DNA of 64,000 nucleotides from Felis catus (GCF_018350175.1 NC_058382.1:55120001-55184000); one strand, 5' to 3'. Positions 10,845 to 24,885 are shown, numbered from the stretch's first letter. Program-made: numbers and translations. The notes: a model not told the origin generated them from the letters alone.

Positions 10845-11569
10845 CCCTGTGAGTGCCTGATACTTGGGTAGGAGGCTAACATACCAGATGGAGAAGAGGC
10901 AGCAGGAACGCACTGGCCCAGCCTGGCCGGGGAGGGGTGCTGTCTGGGGGCAGGCCCGGCAATGACGAGTGAGGTGAGGCTTGGGGAGAAGGGTGGCCGT
11001 GGGAGAGGAAGCTGGGCTCACAGTCAGGCCAAGTCCCTCTGGGGGCTCAGAGCCACTGATGTGCAGGGACAGGGGACACCTCGTTTCCCCAGCACCTGGG
11101 GACAGGGCAGTTTGTGGCCGACCACAAGTCGGAGCGGTTCACCCCCAGCTTCTCCCCAGAGAGAACCCCCAGTGGTGGGGAGTCAGGCCCAACTTGCTCA
11201 TTTGCAAGAGGAAGAAACAGGCCCAGAGAGGGCCAGTGACTGTCCCCAAGCCACACAGCCAGCTTGTGGCCCCAAGGTGGGATCAGGCTCCTCAAGCCAG
11301 GACTTGTGCCCCTGGAGTGGAGCCTGGGTATGTTCTCAACTTGTGGTGAGTCCTCTGAGAGTTCCCAGAATTTTCCAGATGCAGAGGTACTGAAGCCAGA
11401 CTTCACCCTGAGCCCGGACCACCCGAGGCTGTGGTCCCCAGCTGCTCTCCATACTACTCCAAGGGAGTGCTGGGACCCCTTCTGGGGCTGTCCCTGTCAT
11501 GTCCATCTCTTGATACTGACTGATAGGGAGAAGCGACTGGAGAAATGGAACAATGCTTGGGCTTGGAGC

Positions 11570-11760
11570 CAGACTGTCTGGGGCTGAATAGTGGCGCTGC
11601 CCCTCACTAGCTCTGACCTGAGGCAATCTGTGCCTCAGTTTCTTCATCTGTAAACTGGGAATGATGAAAATGATACCTACTTTGTAGGGTTATTAGGATT
11701 TGATGAATTAACAAGGAGGAATGCTTAGAACAGTAAGTGGCAGGTAGTAGGGTTTACCAT
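11570..11760 (+). mobile_element. MIR
   Basis: MIR core tctgtgcctcagttttcttcatctgtaaactgggaatgat. Confidence 0.75.
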
Positions 11761-14069
11761 TTATCTTACTTCCCTCTAGACTTCTGGTGACATCAAACCT
11801 TCTCCTTCGGAAGCTGGTTCAGCGGGCTGTCAATCATAGTCACTAACCCTGCCCTGCCCTGCCCTGCGAGACACTGGAGTCAAGCAAGGAGCAGCCACTG
11901 CACCCTGTTGCCCAGTCACTGGGTTGATGAGTGAGACAACCCTGAAGAAGGTCTATTGAGTTCCTGGATCCAGCCTGACCTGAAGCTAGCTCCCAGTATG
12001 TGAGACAATAAATTCCCCATTTCACTTAGGCAAGTTTGAAGGGGAGTTCTGACCCATATACCCTTTTTGCTTCATAGAGCAAGAGAGGTTCCCCCAAGGC
12101 AGCCCCCTTCTCCCATGGACCAAGCCTCTCAGCCTTGGTTTTGATCCAGCCCCACACAAGCCCAATAGCCCACTCTCAGGGAGTCAGAGGAAGATTCTCC
12201 GTTTGAGCTGTGGTTGGAGCTCAGAGCAACAGGAAACAAACTCGTATAAAGTACCTTGATGTGCCACATATAGCGCTGGGGTTTGTAATAAGAATTCCCC
12301 AAGGCCACACAGCCTAGAAGTGGAATCACTTCAGTGTGAACCCAGGTAGTCTGACTCCAAAGCAGGCACGCTTCCCAATGCACCACATGGCTTATTACCT
12401 GGAGGGGGGATTTTCTGTTCCATTGAACATTTTGATTGTAAAAACATAAAATTTACCATGGGGAGGGGGAGCAGTTTAAGTCAGCATCGCCCTTCTCAGC
12501 CAGAAGATGACCTAGAGAATCAATTACTCCAAGTGGCCTAGGTCCCGTTCATTCCCTCAAGCCCTACTAAGTGCCTGGCAATGTTCAAGGCAGGGCCCAG
12601 TGTGTGACGTGAAACAGTGAGGAGCTTGGAGGGAGCTTCTTCTCGGGGTTCACCCCGCACCTGCACAGCCTCAAGAGGGAGCGCCACCTTCAGTCCTGTG
12701 CCCGGGAGTCTATCTGGGCCCCTCTTGGTCACTCTAGTCCCAGCAAAGTCCTGGGCAAAGAGCAGGTTCAGGGTCAAGTAGAATTTAGATGAGTGATGGA
12801 GTCCCACCCCAGCCAGAGCAGGAACTCCCAAGGCGCCGTCCCTGAGAAATGATTCTATCAACAAGGTGTCCGAGGGGCACTTAGAGCACAGTGATGTACA
12901 ACGTGGCCTAATCGCTGCTGTTGGGGGTCCGGGGAAGAGACCGAGGGCAGATAGACACCAGTACACATAAACCCCGCATTACTGCCTGTGGACAGTGTCC
13001 TGAAGGGAAGGGTGGCGTGGTCTGCAGGGGCGTTACCAGAATCAGGAACCCCGCTCCCAGGAGGTGATGGTTAGGCTGGCCAGCTCCTCAGAGGCCTGGA
13101 GCCTAGCACTGGTCTCCCCTGACCTTCTAAATTTTCATAACCAGGCTGCTCCCTTTGTTCCTCTAGCCCTGGGCGTGGTAGCTGCTCTGTGTCATTATTA
13201 ACCCACAATACCTTTTTAGTTGACCGTTCTTTACATTCTCTCTGTTGAAAGAACCAGAGTGCTTTCTATCCCTTGGTAGGACTCTGAATGACAGAACGAA
13301 CTGCTGCAAGCTGAGGAAAGAGGAGAAAGTAGCCCAGTCCAGGCAGAGGCACCTGCATGGCGTGGCCAGAGGCTAGGAGGCTGGAGGGAGTGAGGCACAT
13401 TGCAGGAGCCAGGACCAGTGGAGCTGGAGGGGATTAATGGGGTGGCAAGTAGAATAACATGAAACCGGACAGGTCAGCTCTTACATGGCATGGAGTCCGG
13501 ATGGGATCCTGGGAGCAATGGGGAGCCATGGAATGCAATACAGCGACTGAGTGATTTAACTTTCAAAGATTGCCCTGGCTGCCGTGAGCCTAACTCGCTG
13601 TTGGGGGCAAGAGTGGGCAGGAGCAAGATAGCATGTTAAAAGGTGCTAACTCCTTTGTTTTTTGTTTTTTCCTTTCTTTACTGCTTGGAAGGGAGGCGTC
13701 TCAAGGAAGAAAAACATGGGGGCGATTCTGGCGCAACATGATGTCACAAGATAAAGGACAGGACCTCATGGCCGCTCGAAAACTCAACAGTAAAGAGAAT
13801 GCCAGGACCCTAAATGAACCCCTAGTAACCCTAAGTGAGTCAGAGAAAGTCTCCACCGATGACTCCCCAGGACCGTGCGGCCACCAACGGAGCCAGCCTG
13901 CTGGCCAAAAGAAGGTAGAAAGCGCTTTCAGGCCTGCCCAGTGTCTCCTGGCGGATAAGTGTGGCCCTTACTCCCCCAGATGCCATGAGGCCACGTGGAG
14001 GGGGGTGACGGCCCCGAGCTGCTCGCGGTCTGGCTCCCCGCAGAAAAACCCCAACTGCCAAGAGACGCC

Positions 14070-14230
14070 TGGGCCGGAAGCGGAAGCGCGGGTGCGTGCG
14101 TGCTGCATTCTGGGAAGTGTAGTCCACAGAGGCCGGAAGAGTCCGTGAGAGCCGTGCGTTTGGGGGAAGGTATTCTTCTAGCGGTCTGACAGCCGGCGGC
14201 GTGAGCTGGAGTGGTTCACCTAAACCCCAC
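14070..14230. promoter_or_regulatory. Candidate promoter: tandem ETS/GABPA sites plus ZNF143/GFY (ACTACA-nn-TCCCA) element
   Basis: CCGGAAGCGGAAG 14074-14086; TGCATTCTGGGAAGTGTAGTCC 14104-14125 (reverse complement GGACTACACTTCCCAGAATGCA); CCGGAAG 14133-14139; local CpG enrichment. Confidence 0.7.
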
Positions 14231-14759
14231 GCCGTGGCGGGGGTTAACAGTTTGGGGACTTAGAGTGAATACGTAGAATTTGGTTTTGTCTCTCCCAACC
14301 ACCAACACCCACGGAAGCGGAGAATAGGACCTATCCACGCTTCAGTGGTGGCAAGCAGGCCTGAGTTATTCCGCCCTCGAACGAGTAAATCAGCTGCGTA
14401 ACCTCCCGGAACCTTTGTTTCCGTATCTGTAACACGGGCAGATTAATCATTCTCACTTGGCAGCCTTGATAACTCAATCAAGTAACTAGCAAGGTGCTTA
14501 ACACACCTTCCTTGCTTGACAAACCCCTCTTCCCTTTGAAGCTGAGCGTGCAGAGCAAATGGATGTGTTTTGTAACCAGGAGCAAAAATTGTGCTTCAGC
14601 GGAGCACTTGGGACGTTTTCTTTGCAAAGTAGGAGTTCCTGCAAATTCCAGCCAAAACTCATAGGGGGAAATATAAGGAAATCTGTCACCCAGAGACTCA
14701 GCAAGGACGTGTGACCTTACTGGCCAACACACAGTAAGATGTAAGTTAAAAAATGAGAC

Positions 14760-14904
14760 GGGTGCCTGGGTGGCCCAGATGGTTAAGCGTCTGACTTGGC
14801 TCAGGTCATGGTCTCATGGTTGGTGAGTTCCAGCCCCGCATTGGGCTCCGTGCTGGCAGTGGGGAGCCTGCTGGGATTTTCTCTCCCTCCCTCCCTCCCC
14901 ACCC

Positions 14905-14956
<52 letters not shown>

Positions 14957-15009
14957 TTCTGCCCCTCCCCCACTCGTACTTTCTCGCTCACTCAAAATAA
15001 ATAAACTTT
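14760..15009 (+). mobile_element. Can-SINE with long (CT)n
   Basis: Head gggtgcctgggtggcccag; TSD aaaaaatgagac on both sides. Confidence 0.93.
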
Positions 15010-15029
15010 AAAAAATGAGACAAACTTCT

Positions 15030-16150
15030 GGCAGAGTGTCCTCGCATGTTATCAGTGGAAATATTAATGGAACGGTTCATCCTTTATAAAGGGCAATTTA
15101 TGCGGGTGCAAAGTTTCCAGTTGTAGGAATTTATCCTATAGACACACTAGACTGTTTCAAAATGACAGAAGTTTAAGAATATTCATTGTAGCGTTGTTTA
15201 TGAAACATGCCTGGAAATCGTCCAGGCCTCTATGGGCAGAGGACAAGTTACAAAAATGATGGTACATCCATGCACGGGGATGCTATGTTGCCGTTAACAT
15301 CAATGAGGTGTGATATCACCTATGTAACATTCCTGCACAAAAATGTTTATCCTAAGTATATTGTGAAGAAAGTCTCAGAGAAATCCAAATTGTGGGATAT
15401 TTTGCAAAACTGGCCTAGACCCTCAAAAATGTTGATGTCGTGAAAGACCAAATAGACTGGGAGATTGAAAGAGGTTAAACAGACCTGGCAATTAAGTGCA
15501 CTGGGCAATCCTTCATTGGAACCTGGATTCTTAAAAAGGACATTTTAATCAGACACCTTGGGAAATTTGATTGTGGACCATATGTTTGATAATAGCAATG
15601 TATCAATGTTGACTTTCCTGAACGTGATCGTTGTATTGTGGTTGTGTAGGATCATGTCCTTAGTAGCTATCTGCTGAAGTATGTAGCATTGAAATATTAA
15701 CCCTTGGCTCTTGGATAGTTTAGAAAAAAGAGAAACAGGTAAAGCAAATGTGGTGTGTATTAACAGTTGTTGAATCCAACTTTAAATATATGGTTTTTCA
15801 TGTTCCTCTTCTTGCAACTTTTTTTATAGTGTTGAAACTTTCAAAGTAAACAGTAGGCAGCAAAAAGAACGAGAAAGCTCCATATGCACTGATGGGGGAA
15901 AAGCTTCAAGAAATGGGTAAGATTTTTTTTTTTTTTTTTTTAAGCAAGGTGCAGAGGTGGAAATGCACAAAACACCCGGGGATTGAGGACACAAAAAGGA
16001 GATGACAAAGGTTGCCTCTCGGAAGGGTATCTGGGGGTGGGGGCGGGGGTGGGGCGAGTGGGGTCAGAAGTGGGAAGACTTGCCTCTCGCAAGTGCCCTT
16101 TTAGACCTTTTGAATTTTGTATCATGTCCATTCAGATAAAAAAGTAATAA
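15030..16150 (+). mobile_element. Ancient L1 (L1MC/ME-type) 3' fragments
   Basis: AT-rich L1-like blocks (aggaatttatcctatagacacact; gggaaatttgattgtggacc; tatcaatgttgactttcctga). Confidence 0.55.
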
Positions 16151-16746
16151 TAACTTCGAAGAAGGCTGTTACTGGGAAAGCACTTGTGGTCAGGAAACCC
16201 CAGACTAGGCTCCCCTGCTCCACAGCTGTAGACCTGTTGGGAAACCCAAAACAGAAGGAAGGAAAACCAGTTACTTTCACATCCTTTCCCACATCTGATT
16301 CTCATCACAACCCAGTGAGTCAGACAGGTTTTATTTGACCCATTTTATCGATTAGGAAAACTGAGGACCAGAGAGTCTTAGCAACTTGTCTGAAGTCATG
16401 CAGTGAGACACTATTAGAGCTGAGATGGAAACTGAGTCCTTCCCTCCTGCAGGTGACCGCTCCAAGCTCTAAGGGTTGGATGTAGCAAGAGAGAGCCCAG
16501 GGGTGGGGTTGACTTCCAGGCTCTGGGTGCTCCCTGAAGCTCAGCCCAGTTGCCTTCCCACTGTTGCTTTTACACGGGGCTGTCCAGGCAGGAAGCAGAA
16601 GTCAACCCTGGGCACCCAAAGCATAGGCTTGATTTACATGTTCACGGGCAACTGGTTTGAGACTTTATTTTGGGGACCAAGAGCTAACTCAGCCAAAAAG
16701 CCTCTTCCCTGAGCCCATCTGGGCTGCTTTTTACCATCTGTGTATC

Positions 16747-16969
16747 TTTTTTTTTTTTTTTTTAAGTTTATTTACTTTAAGAGAGAGTGAGAGCGAGCCT
16801 GCCCAAGCAGGGGAGGGGCAGAGAGAGGGGGAGAGAGAATGCCAAGCAGGCTCTGCACTGTCAGCTTAGCGCCCGACGCAGTGCGGGCTTCGATCCCATG
16901 AACTGTGAGGTCGTGACCTGAGCCAAAATGGAGTCAGATGCTTAATTGAACTGAGCCACCCAGGGCCCC
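16747..16969 (-). mobile_element. Can-SINE
   Basis: Poly-T tail, (GA)n, reverse head ctgagccacccagggcccc. Confidence 0.92.
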
Positions 16970-19900
16970 CCTCCCCCACCCCCCCCCCCCGCATCTCTGT
17001 GATCTTAAACAAAGTGGTCTTTTTAATAAAAAAAATAATGAAAATAGTAGATGGATATTGTTACCAAGTCAAACAGTAAAGTACTTAATGGCAATTTGGC
17101 ATTTCTGTCGAAACTTAAAACATATATATATGCTTTGATATGTGATCCAGTGTTTACAATGGAAACTAATTTTTTTCTGTGAATATACCCACCCAAGTGT
17201 TCAAAGATACGTATGGAAGAATGCATTGCTTATAAGAAAAACAAAGACACAGAACTGTGAACAACCCACCAGCAGAGCCATTGCTTAATTCAAGTGGGCA
17301 CCATCCACATTGAATAAAAACAAAGACAGTGCGGGTTGCTGGATTTACTGACCTGAAAAGATGTCCACGGTATATTGTTAAAGAAAGGTCCCATTTCAAG
17401 GAAAAAAAAAAACCAAGTTATAAGCATATATACACATAGAGATCTACATGTTTGAACAAATGTAGAAAAACATTTATAAAAAGTGTAAATTATTTGATTT
17501 GAATGTAAAAAGAGCATGTAATTTTCATTGTTTGAGGGATAATGAGGTTGACTTTTTTTTTTTTTTTAAGTTGGCCACTTGTGTTTCCTCTTGTGGGAAT
17601 TGCTAAAATATTACTGTCCCTTGGTCTTCTGTCATGCCAACTGGGTGTAAAACTTCGGGCACCACGTCTCCTAAGAGTTTCTATTTACATTGCCAGTGCT
17701 TCCTGTAGGTGGGTATTTTGGAAATGAGGTTGCTGAACTTGAGGCAGAGGACATTCATTCTCAGTCTTCGTGTAATGAAGTGTCCTGTGGGATAAAGGGC
17801 TCTGAGAAGTGAAGGCGTTTCCTGCCCAAAGCATGGTTGCAATGTCTTCCTTTCTTTCGATTCTAGGATCTTGCAAAGCGTACTCTTTGGCTCTTGGTGG
17901 ACGTGGACGGAAGGTGGAGTTACTTATAAGGTTTGAAAAGGTGGGGGGGAGTGGGGAGCAGAGATGGACCGCCAAGGTCTGGAGAGGGTGAGGTGCCCAG
18001 GGGACACCCTAAAAGGAAAGGTTCCGGAGGCACAAGGTTTAAGGAGGCCCTCACTCCAGACGTCCCACTCGGGTCCCAGCCCTGTTGACTGCTTCTTGAT
18101 GACAGAACAGAAAATCTGTAACAGCCCTTACACTGGTGGGCTAGTCGTCACTGGTGGGTGACGGATGTTCCTTCAGAGCTAGACTCAAGATGGTGTTGGC
18201 AGACCGAGGCCGCCACGGGGGCCAAGGCAGCAGAGTCAGGGCTCGGCTCCCCAGGCAGTGCCCCAGACCCCTCGTGCTGTGTTGCGTGTTGAAGGATTAG
18301 ACGATGCCATGGAGGGCAGACGTCTGATCAGATGGGACTCAACCGTTCTTGTCCTTGAGTTCTTTCTGATTCTCTCTCCGTGTGTGGAGCTGCGTGGCTA
18401 AGGGTTTTCTCTGCACCTGCCCTGGTGCCCAGCCTCCACCTGCTACCGGCCGCAGGTCTGGGCTCCTAGAGAAGGAGGTCCCCCGAGGGCCCCGGGGCCT
18501 CAGAGATTGCCTTGACCTCACAGAAGCTGCAGCTTCTCAATCTTTCCTGCACCCGGGGCACTGCATTTTGGCATTCCACAGCTCACGCCTTTTGAGTTCA
18601 TACCACAACCTTTAGAGGTAAGGACTGTGTTATCCCCATGCTGCAGATGAGGAAACCAGGGCCCAGAGAGGGGTAGCAACCTGTCCCTGACCACAGAGCT
18701 AAAAAGCAGCAGAGTAGGGATTTGAACTCCCAACTCCAGAGGCACGTTCTTCACCATGATCCCCCGCTCCTCCATTTTCAAGGACCACGAGCCTGCTGAG
18801 TGCTGGCCGCTAGGTTGGGGGTTCCCACTGTCCCCTGGACCTCGGGGGCCCCCAAGGCTGGAGGCCCGGAGGCCCTCTGAATTCTAGAGTGTTTTCAGGA
18901 CATCACTGGGGGGGTTAAAGCAGGTTGCGGTCTTAACTTCCCGGGGTGGGAGGTTCCCAGAAGCCCAGGGCAAGCTCGGCCCCTTTTCCTGAGGGGAGGG
19001 GGTGGTGTGAGTTGGGACACGTCCTCTTTTAAGGTTCTCTCTTGCTGCTTCTGACCACTTCCTCTTTTCCCTGGGGCGGAGGCAGGCTGTGGCTGCACTA
19101 ATGGCAGGCATCCCAGCAGTGGCCCAGTGGCCGAGGAGGCCTCTCAGTCTCTCCTGGAAGGGCTTGCTTGGCTGGTCTGAGGCACTTCTCCCCCTGGGCT
19201 TCCATCCCCTCCCCACTGCCGCCAAGACCCTCCCCTGAGTCCCACCCAGAGAGCAGAGGGTGGGGGGGCTCCCTGAGCTCTCCCTCAGCCAGACGGCTGC
19301 ACACCCTCCATTCAGGCTCCACCTGGGCTGAATCTGCTTCCAGCAATTTCCATGGAGGACGTGGCCCAGGTTCAGGAACCCTGCCTGGACAGCCACGCCC
19401 CTCAGGATGCTCAGGGAGGTGAGGACCCCAGTTCTGGGTAGAAGGCCCAGCCTAGCACCTCAACCATGAGTGCCCCATGTGAGCAGGGGAGCTGTGGCCT
19501 GGGAAGAAGATGGGCATTGAGAAATGTGGGTTCCAGGCCTGGCTCTGCCGCTTTGTCGGCTGCTGTGCTTACCAGGTTGCTTTTTTTCTTGGGCCTCAGT
19601 TTCCTCATCCATGCACTGGACATAAATAACACTTCAAAAGGTTGAAGAAACAAATGCAGTGCTACATGTATCGTGCTAAGCAGAGAGCCTGGTACACGGC
19701 CAGGATTTAGTGTCTTGCGTGTTACTGGGCAGAAACTGCAGCTGCCCTGAGCCATCTAGGATGCACTCCCCCTCCCCCCAGCCCCTGCAGAGGAAGGCCG
19801 GTCACAGGTCACAGCTCCCCAACCCTGTTTCCTGCCTCCACCCTGTCTCCACTCCTTTCTGCCCCAGTAGCCCCCAGCTTCCCACTTGTAGCAGGTACAG

Positions 19901-20044
19901 CCCTCAAGTTCAGGTGGACAGGACCATCACCTTTCCTCTGTAGCCTGTAGCCTCCCCACCCCATCTAGCCAGGTTGGTAAAACATCGACGTCAGTCATCG
20001 TTGGGATGTGCCCGGCCGAGTGTCGTGCCAAAGCCTTGGGTCGT

Positions 20045-20650
20045 TTCTTTTTATTGTGGTGAAATACACAGAACATGAATTGAGCCACCTGTAACGATTT
20101 GTAAGGGTACGGTTCCATGGCATGAAGTATATTCACACTGCTCTAGAAACGTCGCCACCACCCATCTCCAGAACTTTCTCGTCTTCCCAAACTGAAACCG
20201 TGTCCCCGGTAAACCATGGCTCCCCATGCCTGCCCCCACCTGCTGCAACCCTTGTTCCACTTTCTGTCTCTAGAATCAGACTGCCCTCCCTGCCTCTTAT
20301 AAGTGGAATCATGCAGTAATTGTCTCTGCGTGACTGGTTTGTTTTCGATTAGCACGGCGTCCTCAAGGTTCACCTGTGTGGGGGCACGGGGCAGAATCTC
20401 CATCCTTTTTACTTATGTTTGAATAATATTCCAACCTATGTCTAGACCCCATTTTGCTTGTGCACGTATCCATCGGTGGACACTTGGGTTGCTTCCGCGT
20501 CCTGGCTGCTGTGAATAATGTTGCTCCGCACGGGGGTGTGCAAATACCTGTTTGAGTCCCTGCTTTCGGTTCTTGGGGGCGCATACCTAGAAGTGGAATT
20601 TCTAGATCATATGGTAATTATGTTTGATTTTTTTTTTTTTTGAGGAAATG
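20045..20650 (-). mobile_element. L1M 3' fragment
   Basis: ttattgtggtgaaatacacag ... ggacacttgggttgcttcc ... atacctagaagtggaatt. Confidence 0.8.
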
Positions 20651-23600
20651 CCCAATGCCCAAAGGCACTGGGGAGCCCCTCTGGCCATACTGTGTACAGG
20701 GAGATAGGAAACGAGGAGCAAGACATCATAGGTTCAAATCCTGGTCCTGCCACTTCCCAGTGCTGTGACCTTGGGCGACTCACTTCATTGTCTCAGCTGT
20801 GATGAGGAATGAGAGCAGCGCCTCCTGGGGCTGTGGTGGTGTTCAGAGCGCATACTTTGGATGGTGCCTGGCGCACAGGGAGCCCTAGTGATGTTAGCTC
20901 CGCCTCGTGGTGCATCTGGACTCCTCCAGAGATCCGATCCTGCAGCCTCACCGCTTCTGTGGTCCCACGCCAGCCTGGCCCCTCCATGGAACATGCCTTT
21001 GGAGCCGGCCCTGCTTCTTCCCCAGGACTCCAACTTCTTTCCCCCTTTTGCAGGACCCTGGGAATCTCTCTTCATTGAGGGAGTTTCTCGTTCCCTGTCC
21101 GTCTGTGGCTTATGCTCTTGAAAACAAAAGCCAGAAAGCAATGCCTCAGGCTAACCCTGCGAGAGCCTGAGCCAGGACCAGAGGGGAAACCAAGGACACT
21201 GACCAACAGGTCAGCATGGGCACAGGCGAAGAGGACCCCTTTCTTCTTTCCTTTGACCTTGGTCATGCCATTCTCGATGACTGGGTCCGGTCTGGGCCCC
21301 GTGTTTTGGGAAGGGTGAGGAGAGCTGGGAGGGTCACTGAGGACCGCCCACAGGCATGATTACAGGGACGGGGACGAGGCACTCTGGACTGAGATGAAAG
21401 GAACGGTGGTTTGGCACTTTCAACTCTAGGGGAGTCAGCCGGAGGGTTCCGGTCAGTGAGGGGTGGCTGTGGAGATGAGATTACCCCCCTTGCTGGGCCA
21501 GCAGCTAGGGCTCCCGGGCTGAGGCCGGCACCGTCCCACCTCTGTTTGAGGCCAAGCTGGTGTGCGGCTGTGTCTGGCCAGCTTGCCTGGTCTGCGACCC
21601 CAGCCACCCCAACCCCCACCCTTGCTCCCGGGAAACTACTTCTGCTGACCACGGATGATTCCTGGAGGAAGGTCAAGGCAAGACCTGGCAGGCTGAGGGC
21701 TTTGGTCCTGGGCGATCACACCTGGAGGTTGGCCCAGCTGTGTCACCTCCACCTGTGACAAGAGGGGACAGAGAAACCTCCAGGATGCCCCCCACACCTG
21801 GGACATTCTCTTGCTGTCCCATCACCTTTCCTTTCCTATTTGGTCTTCTCTGTTCCTTTCACCTCGTACCAACTGGGACGTGATTCGGAAATTCACAAAG
21901 CAGTGCACTTCTCTTCACTGTTTATCAATACCCAGAACCTGGTGAGGAGCCAGCACTCAGTTTCTCTCAAGTGGGCTTTAGTGAAGGGCTTTTTTCCGTG
22001 GCCCTCTGGCAAAGCTCACAATGGGGACCCCTACGACATGCTCCCTAGCATTGTCAAAACCAGTCCTGTCTTCGCTATTTGCAGACATCCCCAAAGGAGC
22101 GCTGATATCTGTTCTGGGGCATTAAATAAAATATGCTGTGAAGGTTAAGTAGGATAACATGTGGAAAATTCCTGGCACATTATAGTTATCAGGAAAAATA
22201 GTTACCATTTTTTATTTTTAAAAATAATTATTATATTAAAAGGGAGGACAATATTTATTGAACACCTACTATGTCCCGGATACTGAAATGTTGGAATCCT
22301 GCCCTGGGAGTCAAGCTGACTTTCCTGGCCTACATCAGAAGCAGTGACACCCACAAAGGTCACCATCCCAGCAACAATACAAAGTGAGGGAAGTATAGGG
22401 AGGGGAAGGACCAGCCGTGTGTCCTTAGGCAAACTGCCTCACCTCTCTGAGCCTATTTCCTGACCTGTAAAGAGAGGCTGGGAATCCTCCCTTCCCCTTC
22501 TACTGGAGTCAGGGGTCAGAGGAGGTAAAGCCTGAGCCAGTCTTGGCAACCAGGAAAGTGCTGCCCAGTGGAGCAGACCGGCAGCTCTCAGTGGGAGACA
22601 AGCCCTTACCTACACCTTTAACTGAATTCCCCGCTCTCAGCTCCTGAAAGCCATCTCTGCAGGCTTGGGGAACACCCCTCAGGGACACTAGAACTGTGCT
22701 CTTCTCCAGGGCCCATTAGGAAAAGAATGTTCTGCAAGTCCACCCAAAGGTGGTCATTCCTCTGGTGACCCCCTTGTGGCCATGCCACACTCTCATCTGT
22801 CCCATGCCCTGACTGCAGGCCAGTTGATGTGGTGTGTTTCCAGGGAGACTGGGGAAGGTGACAGCATTTCTGGGAGGAAAGATGGGCTTGTCCAGGGGCA
22901 CAGTGGGATTTCCGAGGTTGGTGCTGAAGCTGAGTGGTAGAGCCGTGGTTATAAAGAGCAGGTTTGCCAAGCCGTGGAGCAGTCGGGGAGGCTGGGTGGA
23001 TGGGCAGAGTTTCCCCTGGAGGCCAACTGGCTGACTTGCCATTGTCCCTGACGCCTTCCAGACAAGGCTTAATGGAATGGTAGGAATTTGCTGCTGGTCT
23101 GTATTGTTATTGCCAATGTTCACGGGGTAGTTACTCTGTGCCACTGAGAAGGTTACCTCCTGTAATCCCCAAACAAATTTATAGGGCGGCTGCCACTATT
23201 ATCCCCTTTTTACAGGTGAAGAGGCTGTGGTACAGAGAGGTTCAGTATTTTGCTCAAGGTCACACAGTGAAGGAGCCAAGCCTGGAGTCCAGCAGGTCAT
23301 CTGAAGCCAGAGCCCGTGCAGATGGCCATGCCATCCACCGTCACGGGCCAGGGAAGGACAAGCAGAGAGCTGAGTAGGGGAAAGAAGGAAGGTAATCCCT
23401 AGGTCCCAGGTCCCACGTGAACCTTTCACTGAGGTTGGTGCTGCATAGTGACAGACGTCACTAGAAGGGTGTCACTGGTTCTGTTTTAGCGATGAAGAAT
23501 GGAAACACAGAGGGGTTGAGTTGCCCAAGCAAGGGGACTGCACTTTGAACCAGATGTGTCTACACTGCAGAGCATTGCTGTTTCAGTGACCCCACCACCT

Positions 23601-23962
23601 TATCTTGTTTCTTTGGCAGTTTGTTCCAAGTCTGATCTGTCTTGGGAACCTTGGGACCTGGAGCCCAGGCCTGGAACAGACATACCAGACCTCTATACGT
23701 GTTTTCTGAAATAACGTAAGAGATCCCAGTTGTTTCCACTTGCTGCTATGTTGGGCGAGGGAGAGGAAGTGTGGTAGGAGGTGTAGTGACCTCGCATCTT
23801 TTGTGAGTGGATGTTTGCTGAGCCTGAACCCTGCTGAGATGGAGAGTTTAGAAAAGAGAATCATGTTGGAGCAGGTGTATCTCCTTTACTTTGGGGGAGT
23901 TAAAGGAAAAGGAAAGCTCTAGGAAAGACCCAAATTGAAAATTTCTCCCTACCTCCCTTACT

Positions 23963-24470
23963 TCCATCTATCCATCCATCTATCCATCCACCCACCCATC
24001 CATCCACTCATCCATCCATCTATCCATCCATCCATTCACCCCCACCCACCCACCCACCCATCCATCCACTCATCCATCCATTGATCTGTCCATCCATCCA
24101 TCCATCCATCCATCCATCCATCCATCCATCCGTGCATCCACCTATGCATCCACTCATCCATCCACTCCATCCATCCATCCATCCATCCATCCATCCATCC
24201 ATCCATCCGTGCATCCACCTATGCATCCACTCATCCATCCACTCATCCATCCATCCACTCCATCCATCCATCCATCCATCCATCCATCCATCCATCCACC
24301 TGTGCATCCACTCATCCATCCATCCGTCTGTCCATCCATCTATCCATCCATCCATCCATCCATCCATCCATCCATCCATCCATCCATTCGTGCATCCACA
24401 TATCCATCCACTCATCCATCCACTCATCCATCCATCCATCCATCCATCCATCCATCCATCCATCCATCCC
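23963..24470. repeat. Compound (CCAT)n tandem array, ~500 bp
   Basis: TCCA repeats with recurring gtgcatccac / ctcatcca variants. Confidence 0.97.
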
Positions 24471-24484
24471 TTTATAAATCTCTA

Positions 24485-24885
24485 TTAGTAATATGTTGCT
24501 CCCTCACCCCCAAAACTTTGTGGTTTAAACAACAATAGTAATTTATTATCATGGTTTCTGAGGGTCAGGAATTTCGGGAATAATTGGCTAGTTAGTGCTA
24601 GCTATTGGTAGGAGGTCTCAGTCCCTTTCCACCTTAACCTCTCCAGAGAGCTGCTTGAGTGTCCTCACAGCATGGTGGCTGGCTTCCTCCCAAGACAGCA
24701 GCCCAAGGGACCAAAGTGGAAGCTGCGATGCCTTTTATTTCCTAGCCTCACACGTCAGACGTTGTCCCTTCCCCAGAATTCTGCCAGTCATAGAGTCAGC
24801 TCTTGTTTAGTGTTGGATGAAGCAACACAAGGGCATAAATCCCAGGGGATGAGGCTCATTGGGGGCCATTTTGGAGGCAGGCCGC
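24485..24885. mobile_element. MaLR (MLT1-type) LTR
   Basis: ccccaaaactttgtggtttaaacaacaatag ... acacaagggcataaatcccagg ... ggggccattttggaggc. Confidence 0.7.

Noticed and set aside
24020..24538. MDGW / HPSI repeat ORFs
   Set aside because: Translations of the (CCAT)n microsatellite.
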